DNA from: Anaerolineaceae bacterium
Lineage (GTDB): Bacteria; Chloroflexota; Anaerolineae; Anaerolineales; Anaerolineaceae
Length of the DNA stretch: 64,000 nucleotides
Reading direction: 5' to 3'
NCBI GenBank assembly: GCA_038562515.1
Contig: JBCFBG010000001.1
Location: forward strand, 17,310-81,309
Shown here: positions 27,424 to 37,006 of the stretch, one piece after another
Layout of the letters: every line of letters starts with the position of its first letter
Position numbering within the stretch: position 1 is the stretch's first letter
Translations under genes and position numbers: made by a program
Notes under the pieces: model-generated
Databases searched by the model: none
Told to the model about the DNA's origin: nothing
The model's input: the letters and a program-made list of their open reading frames with translations, nothing else

Positions 27424-27455
27424 AAAACCCCACTGTTTTCCAGTGGGGTTTTTTT
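27424..27455. terminator. bidirectional intrinsic terminator (fdhA / mobA)
   Basis: AAAA-CCCCACTG-TTTTC-CAGTGGGG-TTTTTTT. Overlaps the mobA stop codon. Confidence 0.85.
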
Positions 27456-28083
27456 AATTTTGCTTCGCGAGCTCAATCTTCTCGGCCAGTAAAAAATCTT
27501 CTTTGTTGTTGATATTGAAAAATGCCAGACCATCGGGATCCAACCTTCTGCACAAAGCCTCATCCATTTCCACGATGTTGACGGAAGGAAACCAGGAAAC
27601 CAGGCGTCGTTGGTCTGTCTCAATTGCTTGCAATATCGCTTTTTTACACGATTCCCGACGATAGACAGCATGGAGTGGTTCATAAAAGTTACTACTCAAC
27701 CTCGGGATTGCCACATCTGCACCGGTCTGGTCCAAAAGCCGCACGCCTTCATTTAAAATGGCTGCATTCACGAAGGGTAGATCACAAGCTACCACTGCCA
27801 CTAAATCACAGTTCGCCCTGTCCATTGCCGTATAAAGCCCTCCGATGGCACCAAGACCAATAATGCTATCTTTTACCACTTTGACATCCAAAAAAGATAG
27901 TTCATCAGGTTTGTTGCTTACGATTAGTATTTGCTGGGCAATTCTTTGGGTCCGCTCAAGCACTCTTTGGATCAAAGGGACTCCCATGAATGGCATGAGT
28001 ATCTTATTCTCGCCCATCCTGCTCGATTTCCCACCGGCTTGAATCACCAAACTGATTGAACTTTGATCGGTATTCGAATCCAT
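27454..28083 (-). CDS. mobA: molybdenum cofactor guanylyltransferase
   Basis: 209 aa. Motifs LVIQAGGKSSRMG and ACDLPF. Confidence 0.85.
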   Translation of the reverse strand: MDSNTDQSSISLVIQAGGKSSRMGENKILMPFMGVPLIQRVLERTQRIAQQILIVSNKPDELSFLDVKVVKDSIIGLGAIGGLYTAMDRANCDLVAVVACDLPFVNAAILNEGVRLLDQTGADVAIPRLSSNFYEPLHAVYRRESCKKAILQAIETDQRRLVSWFPSVNIVEMDEALCRRLDPDGLAFFNINNKEDFLLAEKIELAKQN

Positions 28084-28186
28084 GACACCTCATTGGTGAT
28101 TATACCGGTCTTAAACATTTTTGATCAATTATTCCAATTTATTAACAAGGATCTCTTCTTGGATCACTAAGGGAAACATGAAAAGT

Positions 28187-28216
28187 TTGTCAAGAATGCC
28201 TTTCTTGCGGTATGAT
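28187..28216 (+). promoter_or_regulatory. putative promoter for fdhD
   Basis: TTGTCA (28187-28192), 18-nt spacer, TATGAT (28211-28216). An 8-bp perfect inverted repeat AAGTAAAT-N9-ATTTACTT follows at 28234-28258. Confidence 0.35.
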
Positions 28217-28311
28217 GGAAGCGCCTCTTGCTTAAGTAAATATTCGATTGATTTACTTGGCATTAATTCTGAAATTATTAGTTAAGAAAATTTACGACGA
28301 AATAGATATTT

Positions 28312-29076
28312 ATGAAAGATCAAAAACCTTACCTTGAATTAGCAGTAAAAACTTATCTCAACGCAAACGGTTCGATAATTGACGAGAAGATTCAAGTCAT
28401 CAAAGAGCATATGCTCGAATTGTTTATCAATGATGAAAAATGGATGACGTTTATCTGTTCTCCTACCAACCTGGAAGAACTCGCTCTTGGTTTCCTTTGG
28501 AATGAAAACGTGATTTCTGACGTAAACCAGATTCAATCTTTACAATTAAGCTCAGATCGCTCAAGAATCGAGATATACCTCGACAAACAGGTGACAAAGC
28601 CGACCCATTTTCATCGAACTACTACTGGAATGGCACTTCCGCAATCCGAGATAGCCGCTCGAAAATTGAACGGTTTTTCATATCCAGCCAAAGATTTACA
28701 CCCGCTTTACAATCGATTTTCCGATGAACAAAAACTGCACGACCTTGTAGGTGGGTTTCATAGCGCGGGATTAAGCGATGGCAAAGACATCAGAATAATT
28801 ATGGAAGACTTAGGTCGTCACAACTGTTTGGATAAGTTGGCTGGTGCCTTGCTGAAAACAGAGCATTCCTTTATTCCAACCGTGTTAATGATTAGTGGTC
28901 GGATTAGTTCTGAAATGGTCTTAAAGAGTGTATTTATGGGAAGCCCTATCCTTGTTTCCAGGACCTCACCGACAGCTCTGGCAATCGAGATGGCTGAAAA
29001 GTCAGGTATTTGCCTTGTAGGCTATATGCGCTCAAAACAATTCCACATCTATTCTCACCCTGAATATTTGGTTTGA
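28312..29076 (+). CDS. fdhD: FdhD/FdsC-family formate dehydrogenase maturation protein
   Basis: 254 aa. Motifs TPxxLEELALGF, GGFHSAG, GRHNCLDKLAG. No CxxC loop is present (see findings). Confidence 0.8.
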   Translation: MKDQKPYLELAVKTYLNANGSIIDEKIQVIKEHMLELFINDEKWMTFICSPTNLEELALGFLWNENVISDVNQIQSLQLSSDRSRIEIYLDKQVTKPTHFHRTTTGMALPQSEIAARKLNGFSYPAKDLHPLYNRFSDEQKLHDLVGGFHSAGLSDGKDIRIIMEDLGRHNCLDKLAGALLKTEHSFIPTVLMISGRISSEMVLKSVFMGSPILVSRTSPTALAIEMAEKSGICLVGYMRSKQFHIYSHPEYLV

Positions 29077-29135
29077 CACTTTTCGATTGCGCTTCGCTGC
29101 CAGTTGCCCTTCATTACAGAGGGTATAATTTCGTT

Positions 29136-29510
29136 ATGCATGAATTAGCAGTCACAGAAAGTCTTCTGGAAATTGTGATCCAATTTGCTGAGGAAAACCA
29201 GGCTCAAGTAGTGACCGATGTTGCACTATCTATTGGAGCACTCTCGTCGATCATCGATGATTCCGTTCAGTTCTATTGGGACCACATCAGCAAGGATACT
29301 GTGGCAGAAAAGGCAACCCTCCATTTCAATCGCATCCCTGCAACCTTGCTTTGCCTGGATTGCAGCACTGAATTCACACTTGAAGACGAACTGATGCCCT
29401 GTCCAAACTGCAATAGTATCAACCTGAATATCGTCGCCGGAGAAGAATTCCAAGTAGACTACATTGAAATTCAAAAAATGGAAGATGGCAAGCATGAAAC
29501 AACGAGTTGA
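29136..29510 (+). CDS. hypA: hydrogenase nickel insertion protein HypA
   Basis: MHELAVTESLL N-terminus; Zn site CLDC...CPNC. The ORF-track TTG 29073 extension is judged unlikely. Confidence 0.85.
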   Translation: MHELAVTESLLEIVIQFAEENQAQVVTDVALSIGALSSIIDDSVQFYWDHISKDTVAEKATLHFNRIPATLLCLDCSTEFTLEDELMPCPNCNSINLNIVAGEEFQVDYIEIQKMEDGKHETTS

Positions 29511-30159
29511 AATAGTCAAAAGCATTTTAGATTCCAACGAACAACTCGCGGTACAAAACCAGAAGAAACTGGATGACCACCATGTCTTTGCCATCAATGT
29601 TATGGCATCACCAGGTGCAGGGAAGACCACCTTTATCCTTCAAACGATTGCCAAACTGCCTAAGAATCTGCGCCTGTGCGTGATCGAAGGCGATACCGCA
29701 CCTGTCACAATTGACGCAGACAAAATCACAGCTGCTGGCATGCCGGCTGTCCAGATCAACACCGGTGGTGACTGCCACCTCGACGCAAATATGGTCGGTC
29801 TGGCTCTCAAAGAACTTGACCTTGATGAAATTGATCTGCTCCTGATCGAAAACGTTGGCAACCTGATTTGCCCTGCAGGCTTTGCGCTGGGTAATCATGC
29901 TAATATTCTGATTGCCTCAGTTCCCGAAGGTGACGATAAGCCCTATAAATATCCAAACATTTATCGTCATCTTGATGTTCTCATTATCAACAAAACCGAT
30001 CTTTTACCCTATCTCGACTTTCGGATGGATTATTTTCGCGAAGGCGTAGAGATGCTGAATCCAGGCTTAAAGACTTTCGCAGTCAGCTCAAAAACCGGCG
30101 AGGGCTTTGAGAATTGGATCAAATGGCTGGAAGATAAAGTCAGATCCAACCGGGCATAA
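29494..30159 (+). CDS. hypB: hydrogenase nickel incorporation GTPase HypB
   Basis: P-loop ASPGAGKTT, ENVGNLICPA, NKTDL. Start is 29494 (or 29485), overlapping the hypA end. Confidence 0.9.
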   Translation: MKQRVEIVKSILDSNEQLAVQNQKKLDDHHVFAINVMASPGAGKTTFILQTIAKLPKNLRLCVIEGDTAPVTIDADKITAAGMPAVQINTGGDCHLDANMVGLALKELDLDEIDLLLIENVGNLICPAGFALGNHANILIASVPEGDDKPYKYPNIYRHLDVLIINKTDLLPYLDFRMDYFREGVEMLNPGLKTFAVSSKTGEGFENWIKWLEDKVRSNRA

Positions 30160-32457
30160 ATGAACAAAATTAACAAACGGGTGCTCGTTCAAGGCATCGT
30201 CCAGGGTGTCGGTTTTCGACCAACGGTCTATGGCTACGCGCATAAGCATAGCTTGACCGGGTGGATTCTCAACTCTGCTCAAGGCGTCGAGATCGAAGTT
30301 CACGGTGATCCCCAAAATTTGCAGGCTTTTCTTCAGGATTTGCGCGAACAGCCACCCCAAATGGCACAGATTGACGTATTTCTCGTTTCTGATTCACCTA
30401 CAAAGCATTTTGAGAGTTTCGAAATCATAGCGAGCCAGGATAATCCGAACGACTTTTTGCCCGTCTCCCCTGACCTGAACGTTTGCCCGGATTGCTTGCG
30501 GGACTTATTTAACCCCACAGATCGCCGCTATCGCTACCCGTTTATCAATTGCACCAACTGCGGTCCACGTTTTTCGATTGTGAAAGGCATCCCCTACGAC
30601 CGTCCAAACACTAGTATGTCTGGTTTTCCGCTTTGTTCTGATTGCACTCGTGAATATCACGACCCTGCTGACCGTCGTTTTCAAGCCCAACCAATTGCCT
30701 GCCCGGTTTGTGGACCACATGTCTGGCTGCAAAAAAACGGTCAAGAGATTGCATCTGCTGAGGACGCTATTCGCCTGACTCGGAAGATGCTGGCTGATGG
30801 CAAAATTTTAGCGATCAAAGGCTTAGGCGGCTTTCATCTCGCTTGCAACGCCTTGAATGAAAGCGCAGTTTTGCAACTCCGATTGCGCAAGCGCAGGAGC
30901 ATGAAACCTTTTGCGTTGATGAGCTATGACCTTGAGATTATCAGGCAGTTTGCTGATGTTTCTGAGCAAGAAGCAGAGCTTCTTTATTCGACCCAGTCAC
31001 CGATTGTTGTGCTCAACCTGACCGAACGAGGTCATAACCTGGCGAAAACAGTCTCCCCCGATCAGAACACGCTTGGCTTCATGCTGCCTTACACGCCCTT
31101 ACATTACCTTTTACTCGCAAAAGAATCCAATTACCCCGAGGTTCTGGTGATGACCAGCGGCAATTTGAGTGAAGATCCCATTGTGACCGAGAACGAAGAT
31201 GCACTCGAAAAACTTGGTGATATCGCCGATGCCTTTCTGCTGCATGACCGACCCATCGAAACCCGCATTGACGACTCGGTTCTTACCCAGGTCGTCGGAC
31301 AGCCCTATTTTATCCGCCGTTCCAGAAGTTATGCGCCTTCTCCGATCCGTCTGCCTTTCAATACTGTTCCTGCACTGGCGGCTGGCACGCATCTGAAGAA
31401 TACTTTCGCACTTTCGCGTGACCGTTATGCTTTTATCAGTCACCATATCGGCGACCTTGAGAACCAGGAAACCCTGGCTGCCTATACCAAGGCTATCGAC
31501 CATTACCAGGAGATTTTCAGGATCCAACCGCAATTGATTGCAGCTGACATGCACCCGGATTATTTGGCAACCCGTTACGCCCAGGAACGCACCAGCAAAG
31601 AGCACCTGCCTTTAGTTCTGGTTCAGCATCATCATGCTCATATCAGTTCCTGCCTGGCTGACAACGGTTGGAAAACAGACGAGCCGGTCATCGGCTTAGC
31701 ATTTGATGGCACCGGCTACGGTACCGATGGCTCCATTTGGGGCGGCGAGGTGCTTCTTGCGAATTACTCAAGTTTTGTCCGCCGCTTTCAGCTCGAATAC
31801 GCACCCTTGCCCGGTGGTGATGTTTCTATTCGCAAACCTGCCAGGCTCGCCTTTGCTTATTTGCATCACTTTGGCTTGCTCGAAAATGCTGAAGATCTTG
31901 CCCCCTATAACTACCTGGATGAAATTGAAAAACAAGTGCTGATCCACCAGGTGGAAACTGGTTTTAACACCCCGCTAACAAGCAGTATGGGCAGGCTTTT
32001 TGACGCTGTGGCGTCCCTGATCGGGTTGTATCAGGAAATCAACTACGAAGCCCAGAATGCCATCCGTCTGGAAGCAATTGCTGACCCCGATGAGTGGAAA
32101 ACGTATGAATTCCCGATCAAAGGCAGCCAGTTTTTGCTCAAACCGGTCCTCGAGCAGATCTTGACCGACTTACATCAAAATCTGCCCCAATCCACCATCT
32201 CTGCAAAGTTCCACAATGCCATTTTGCAACTTACGCTCGAAGTCTGTGAGCAACTAAGAAGCGAGACAGACCTCAATACTGTGGCAATTTCGGGGGGAGT
32301 GTGGCAGAATAAACGCTTGATCAACAATATCATTCCCGCCTTGGAAAAGGCTGGTTTTACCCCGCTGTGGCATCACCAGGTGCCCACTAACGACGGTGGC
32401 GTAGCTCTCGGGCAATTGCTAACAGCGCTCTTTCAAACAGGATTGGCAAAGGAGTAA
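30160..32457 (+). CDS. hypF: carbamoyltransferase HypF
   Basis: 765 aa. Acylphosphatase VQGIVQGVGFRP, two CxxC...CxxC zinc fingers, YrdC-like and Kae1-like C-terminal regions. Confidence 0.95.
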   Translation: MNKINKRVLVQGIVQGVGFRPTVYGYAHKHSLTGWILNSAQGVEIEVHGDPQNLQAFLQDLREQPPQMAQIDVFLVSDSPTKHFESFEIIASQDNPNDFLPVSPDLNVCPDCLRDLFNPTDRRYRYPFINCTNCGPRFSIVKGIPYDRPNTSMSGFPLCSDCTREYHDPADRRFQAQPIACPVCGPHVWLQKNGQEIASAEDAIRLTRKMLADGKILAIKGLGGFHLACNALNESAVLQLRLRKRRSMKPFALMSYDLEIIRQFADVSEQEAELLYSTQSPIVVLNLTERGHNLAKTVSPDQNTLGFMLPYTPLHYLLLAKESNYPEVLVMTSGNLSEDPIVTENEDALEKLGDIADAFLLHDRPIETRIDDSVLTQVVGQPYFIRRSRSYAPSPIRLPFNTVPALAAGTHLKNTFALSRDRYAFISHHIGDLENQETLAAYTKAIDHYQEIFRIQPQLIAADMHPDYLATRYAQERTSKEHLPLVLVQHHHAHISSCLADNGWKTDEPVIGLAFDGTGYGTDGSIWGGEVLLANYSSFVRRFQLEYAPLPGGDVSIRKPARLAFAYLHHFGLLENAEDLAPYNYLDEIEKQVLIHQVETGFNTPLTSSMGRLFDAVASLIGLYQEINYEAQNAIRLEAIADPDEWKTYEFPIKGSQFLLKPVLEQILTDLHQNLPQSTISAKFHNAILQLTLEVCEQLRSETDLNTVAISGGVWQNKRLINNIIPALEKAGFTPLWHHQVPTNDGGVALGQLLTALFQTGLAKE

Positions 32458-32459
32458 TT

Positions 32460-32720
32460 ATGTGTCTTGGCATTCCAGGAAAAGTAATAGAAATCTACGA
32501 AATCGATGGAACCTTGATGTCCAAAGTCAATTTTGATGGTGTGATTCAGGAAGTCTGCATCGCTACCACTCCTGATGCAAAAATCGGGGAATATGTATTG
32601 GTACATGCCGGTTTTGCTTTGAACGTGCTTTCTGACCAGGAAGCCAGTGAGACTCTGAAGATTCTCAAAGACCTTGAAAAATTCAACCAGGATTATTACG
32701 GAGATCAGAACTCTCGATGA
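32460..32720 (+). CDS. hypC: hydrogenase assembly chaperone HypC
   Basis: 86 aa starting with MCLGIPGKV. Confidence 0.9.
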   Translation: MCLGIPGKVIEIYEIDGTLMSKVNFDGVIQEVCIATTPDAKIGEYVLVHAGFALNVLSDQEASETLKILKDLEKFNQDYYGDQNSR

Positions 32721-33808
32721 CAACTAGTAAAGTCAGCCAGGAATCGATCCGCCAGACCAAGATCGTCCTGGACGAAATTCACCGCATCACCACCCGACCA
32801 TGGAATATCATGGAAATTTGTGGCGGGCAAACCCATTCGATTATGGAATACGGGTTGGATCAACTTCTGCCTGAAAAAATCAACCTTATCCATGGTCCGG
32901 GCTGCCCGGTTTGTGTGACCTCCTTGGAGCTTGTCGAACGCTCGCTGCAGATTGCGGCAGAACCCGGTGTAATTTTCACCAGTTTTGGCGACATGCTGCG
33001 TGTACCCGGTTCAAGTTCTGACTTGTTCGGTGCCCGTGCAAGCGGTGCCGATGTACGCGTGGTTTACTCTCCAATGGATGCCGTAAAGTTGGCTCTACAA
33101 AATCCGAACAAACAGGTCGTCTTCTTTGCGGTCGGATTTGAAACGACAGTTCCTGCAATCGCCGCCAGCTTGCTGCATGCTGAAAAAATCGGTCTCAAAA
33201 ACTTCTCCATCCTTCCAGCCAACGTGTTAGTTCCCCCAGCCATGCATGCAATACTGCAGAGCCCTGACAACCGTGTCAATGCGTTCCTGGCTGCTGGTCA
33301 TGTCTGCGCCATCATGGGTTACTGGCAATATGAACCAGTTGCCGCAATGTATCAGACGCCAATCGTCGTGACTGGTTTCGCCCCCCTTGACCTGGTTATG
33401 GGCATCCTGATGAATGTCCGGCAGTTGGAGGAAGGACGTTGTGAGGTTGAAAACGCCTATCCCCGCAACGTTACCCGGGATGGTAACCTGACTGCTCAAT
33501 CCATGATCGACCAGGTATTCGAACCGGTTGACCGCCAATGGCGCGGAATTGGGATGATCCCTCTATCAGGTCTCGGTCTGAAAGATGCTTATCGACAATT
33601 CGATGCTGGAATCCGTTTTGATATTCAGCTTGCTCAACTCCAGGAATCACCTCTTTGCATTGCAGGTTCGGTCCTGAGAGGCGTTGCCAAACCCATTGAC
33701 TGCGCGGCGTTTGGCAAACTCTGCACCCCCACCAACCCACTTGGCGCTCCGATGGTCTCCGCAGAAGGCGCTTGCTCGGCTTACTATCGCTATCACAAGG
33801 TGAATTAA
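32717..33808 (+). CDS. hypD: hydrogenase maturation factor HypD
   Basis: 363 aa. Motifs GPGCPVCV and GFETT. Confidence 0.9.
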   Translation: MTTSKVSQESIRQTKIVLDEIHRITTRPWNIMEICGGQTHSIMEYGLDQLLPEKINLIHGPGCPVCVTSLELVERSLQIAAEPGVIFTSFGDMLRVPGSSSDLFGARASGADVRVVYSPMDAVKLALQNPNKQVVFFAVGFETTVPAIAASLLHAEKIGLKNFSILPANVLVPPAMHAILQSPDNRVNAFLAAGHVCAIMGYWQYEPVAAMYQTPIVVTGFAPLDLVMGILMNVRQLEEGRCEVENAYPRNVTRDGNLTAQSMIDQVFEPVDRQWRGIGMIPLSGLGLKDAYRQFDAGIRFDIQLAQLQESPLCIAGSVLRGVAKPIDCAAFGKLCTPTNPLGAPMVSAEGACSAYYRYHKVN

Positions 33809-33809
33809 C

Positions 33810-34886
33810 ATGGATCCCAAAATGCCATTAATGGAAGGACCAGTCTGTCCCATTCCTATCAGCAGGCATGACCATGTCATAATAGGACATGGTGCCGGCG
33901 GTGTCTTAACCCATGATCTGATCCGAAATGTTTTTCAAAAATATCTGGGTAATGTAATTCTCAACCAGGGCAACGATGCTGCGATGTTAAAAATGTGGCA
34001 GGATGTTCCTGAAGGTCGAAACCTGGTCGTTTCTACTGATGCTCACATTGTCTCCCCGCTCTTCTTTGCTGGCGGAGATATCGGTCGATTGGCAATTTGC
34101 GGAACCGTCAACGATGTTTCCATGCTTGGTGCGGTACCCAAGTTTCTCACTGCCACCTTTATCCTCGAAGAGGGTTTTCCCCTCAGTGAACTTGGAAAAA
34201 TCCTGGTTTCCATGGCAAGAGCAGCAGATGAAGCACAGGTCAAGATCGTTGCAGCTGACACCAAGGTTACCGAAAAAGGTAAATCGGATGGTGTTTTCAT
34301 CAGTACCACTGGTATCGGTTGGGTCGATCGTGAGGTTCATATCTCAGGTCAATCTGCACTCCCTGGAGATGTAGTAATTTTAAGTGGACCAATTGGCAAT
34401 CACGGCATCGCAGTCGCGGAAGCCCGTGGTAACCTGGGATTTCGAAGTCAGATCCAATCTGATGTCGCACCACTGAATGGCATGATCGCCGACTTGCTCA
34501 AAGGTGTCCCCAATGTACACGTCCTGCGCGACCCTACCCGCGGAGGTTTGGCAACAACCCTGGTCGAAATCGCCTGCCAGAGTAAAGTCACCATCCGTAT
34601 ACAAGAAGCAAGCATCCCGGTTGACCGCGATGTGCGAAGTGCCTGCGACATGTTGGGGCTCGACCCACTATATATGGCGAACGAAGGCAAGTTGATCGTT
34701 ATCGTTCCTTCTGAAAACTCGGAACTTGCTCTTGAGACGCTCAGAAAACACCCATTCGGTCAGCAAGCTGTTCAAATCGGAAGTGTGGATAATGGTTCCG
34801 ATGGACAACTCTTGCTGAAAACTCCCTTGGGGACCACCCGCCACCTGGACATGCTGGCTGGTGAAATGCTTCCCAGAATTTGCTGA
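33810..34886 (+). CDS. hypE: hydrogenase maturation protein HypE
   Basis: 358 aa. AIR-synthase-like fold; C-terminal PRIC. Confidence 0.9.
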   Translation: MDPKMPLMEGPVCPIPISRHDHVIIGHGAGGVLTHDLIRNVFQKYLGNVILNQGNDAAMLKMWQDVPEGRNLVVSTDAHIVSPLFFAGGDIGRLAICGTVNDVSMLGAVPKFLTATFILEEGFPLSELGKILVSMARAADEAQVKIVAADTKVTEKGKSDGVFISTTGIGWVDREVHISGQSALPGDVVILSGPIGNHGIAVAEARGNLGFRSQIQSDVAPLNGMIADLLKGVPNVHVLRDPTRGGLATTLVEIACQSKVTIRIQEASIPVDRDVRSACDMLGLDPLYMANEGKLIVIVPSENSELALETLRKHPFGQQAVQIGSVDNGSDGQLLLKTPLGTTRHLDMLAGEMLPRIC

Positions 34887-34893
34887 TATTGCG

Positions 34894-35856
34894 ATGCCAA
34901 GACCACGTATTTTTTCATTTTGCCTCCTTCTCGTTGTTTTATTGATATCAACTGTCGTTCTGCAGGCTTGCCAGATAAGTTCTTCCCAGCCAACACAGAC
35001 CGAACCTGCGACCCAGGTTTCGCCGACCTCTTTACAAACTCAAGAAGCCAGCCCGACCCTTGCTCCTTCCCCATCCAGCCAGGCAGCCACTGCCAGTATC
35101 GCTCCTGAAACACCTACGCCATCACCCGATCTGGCTAAACAGGTAGATCAAGCATTAATTGAAGGTGTAGATTGGTATGTAGGGATCGAATCCATGAAAG
35201 GGGACAGGCTTTACTCTCGCAACACTGAAGTGGGCTTCGCACCTGCATCGATGATCAAGATCCCGATTGCCCTGGTGGTATTGAAAATCCTTGAATTTCG
35301 CGGGGATACTGTTGAAGACATCCAAAATTACGGCATTAGCCGGAATTTCAGCGAATTGCTGGAGGCGATGGTCGTTCGCAGTGAAGAAACAGCTACGGAT
35401 TCGCTTGAGTACTTTGCCCGTGGAGATAACCGGCTCAGGAGTTACCTGGATTGGTGGGGATTAAAACATACGACCTTTGACCCCCGCAGAAGCACGGTTG
35501 AAGACCTGATGCTTTCATTGAAACTGATTTACAACCAGGAAGCACTTAACAAGGAATTTAACACATACCTTCTTGACTTGATGAGCACTTATACCGAAAA
35601 TGATGCGATCCTCCTCGGTTTGATGATGGATCAGCTGCCAGATTGCACGTTTTACAACAAGCGCGGTACCTTGCTAAACCCAACAATAGTCTCAGATATG
35701 GGCATCCTGAAATGCGGCGATCAAACCTGGTATCTTGTCATCGCTGGCACGCCAGCCATTGACTCGAAAGCCACCTTTGAAGACATCCAGGTTTCAATCG
35801 AAGACCTCAGTAAAGTCCTCGCCACCTATATTCAAAAGCAGATAATCATTAATTGA
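34894..35856 (+). CDS. class A beta-lactamase-like serine hydrolase, membrane-anchored
   Basis: N-terminal TM helix, P/S/T-rich linker, SMIK (SxxK) motif. ATG 34894 follows the hypE stop. Confidence 0.6.
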   Translation: MPRPRIFSFCLLLVVLLISTVVLQACQISSSQPTQTEPATQVSPTSLQTQEASPTLAPSPSSQAATASIAPETPTPSPDLAKQVDQALIEGVDWYVGIESMKGDRLYSRNTEVGFAPASMIKIPIALVVLKILEFRGDTVEDIQNYGISRNFSELLEAMVVRSEETATDSLEYFARGDNRLRSYLDWWGLKHTTFDPRRSTVEDLMLSLKLIYNQEALNKEFNTYLLDLMSTYTENDAILLGLMMDQLPDCTFYNKRGTLLNPTIVSDMGILKCGDQTWYLVIAGTPAIDSKATFEDIQVSIEDLSKVLATYIQKQIIIN

Positions 35857-36197
35857 ATTCGGTAGATACCCTTTTTGCAAGCGAAACGAAGCGAAGCAAT
35901 CTCATCAATGGAGGCCACCTGCAAGGTGAGATTGAGGGAACTACGATCATTGTGGGAGACGAACACATCGTGCCATCAATCCACCACCGTAATTGTCAAA
36001 ATGGCGGATTGGAATTACACGTAAGTTTCCGAATGCCAAGGCTCTCGAAACTTCCAATCTCGCACTACAGAGATATTAACCCTAATGGAACCGTCACTGC
36101 GAGCAAGGCAACCTCGTCCTTGAGATCACTCAACTTCTTGAAACTTGGTCAACGGCAAAGTATACTTAATTTTTAGAAATTTCTACTTGAGGTAATA

Positions 36198-36998
36198 ATG
36201 AAGATTGATTTTCAAGAAACATCCGATGACCTTGCCAAGCGCATAAATATCCATTCCCAGTTTGGAAGACGCGATATTGACCAATGGATGCTCGAGATCC
36301 TTGACTTAAAGCCAGGTATCAAAATTATGGATGCTGGCTGTGGTTCCGGCAAACAATGCTTCTCTTTCTACCGCCATCTAAACGGTGATGTTGAGATCAC
36401 TGGCACTGATGTATCCGAATCCTTACTGGATGAAGCACGCGAGAAAAACAATGAAATTAACAACGCTATCGATTTCAGGTTTCTCGACTTCAACCTGCCC
36501 TTTGATTTGCCCGAAAATTACTACGACCTGATTTCAGCTTGTTTCACGATTTACTATGCGCAAGATATCCCCTTCACTCTCTCCGAGATGCATCGTCTGC
36601 TCTTGCCCGGTGGTCGCCTTTTTACCACGGGTCCCATGCCAACCAACAAGCAGCTCTTTTACGACATCATCAAGGAGGCAACTGGCAAGTCCATTCCGCC
36701 CATGCCCGGGAGTTCACGCTATGCTTCCGAAATCTATGGCACAATGCAAGCGCTTTTCAGCAAGACAGAACAGCACATTTTTGAAAACCCTCTGACCTTT
36801 GAATCGGTTGCGCCATTTATGGTCTACACCCGTGCATCCATGTCTGAGGACCGAAAATTGTGGAATTCCCTCTTCCAGACACATGAAGAATTCGAAAATG
36901 TGATGTCAGCCATCGAAAATACGGCTCAGAAATACCTGGAACGAGATGGCAAATTAGTCATGACCAAGGTCGTGGGCGGCTTCATAGCCACCAAATAA
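36198..36998 (+). CDS. class I SAM-dependent methyltransferase
   Basis: 266 aa. Motif I IMDAGCGSGK. GAGG RBS. Confidence 0.8.
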   Translation: MKIDFQETSDDLAKRINIHSQFGRRDIDQWMLEILDLKPGIKIMDAGCGSGKQCFSFYRHLNGDVEITGTDVSESLLDEAREKNNEINNAIDFRFLDFNLPFDLPENYYDLISACFTIYYAQDIPFTLSEMHRLLLPGGRLFTTGPMPTNKQLFYDIIKEATGKSIPPMPGSSRYASEIYGTMQALFSKTEQHIFENPLTFESVAPFMVYTRASMSEDRKLWNSLFQTHEEFENVMSAIENTAQKYLERDGKLVMTKVVGGFIATK

Positions 36999-37006
36999 GG
37001 GCAAAT

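Noticed and set aside
35853-36176. 107-aa ORF as a protein-coding gene
   Set aside because: It has no RBS and an odd composition, and it is built over two short dispersed-repeat-like motifs. It is treated as non-coding spacer.
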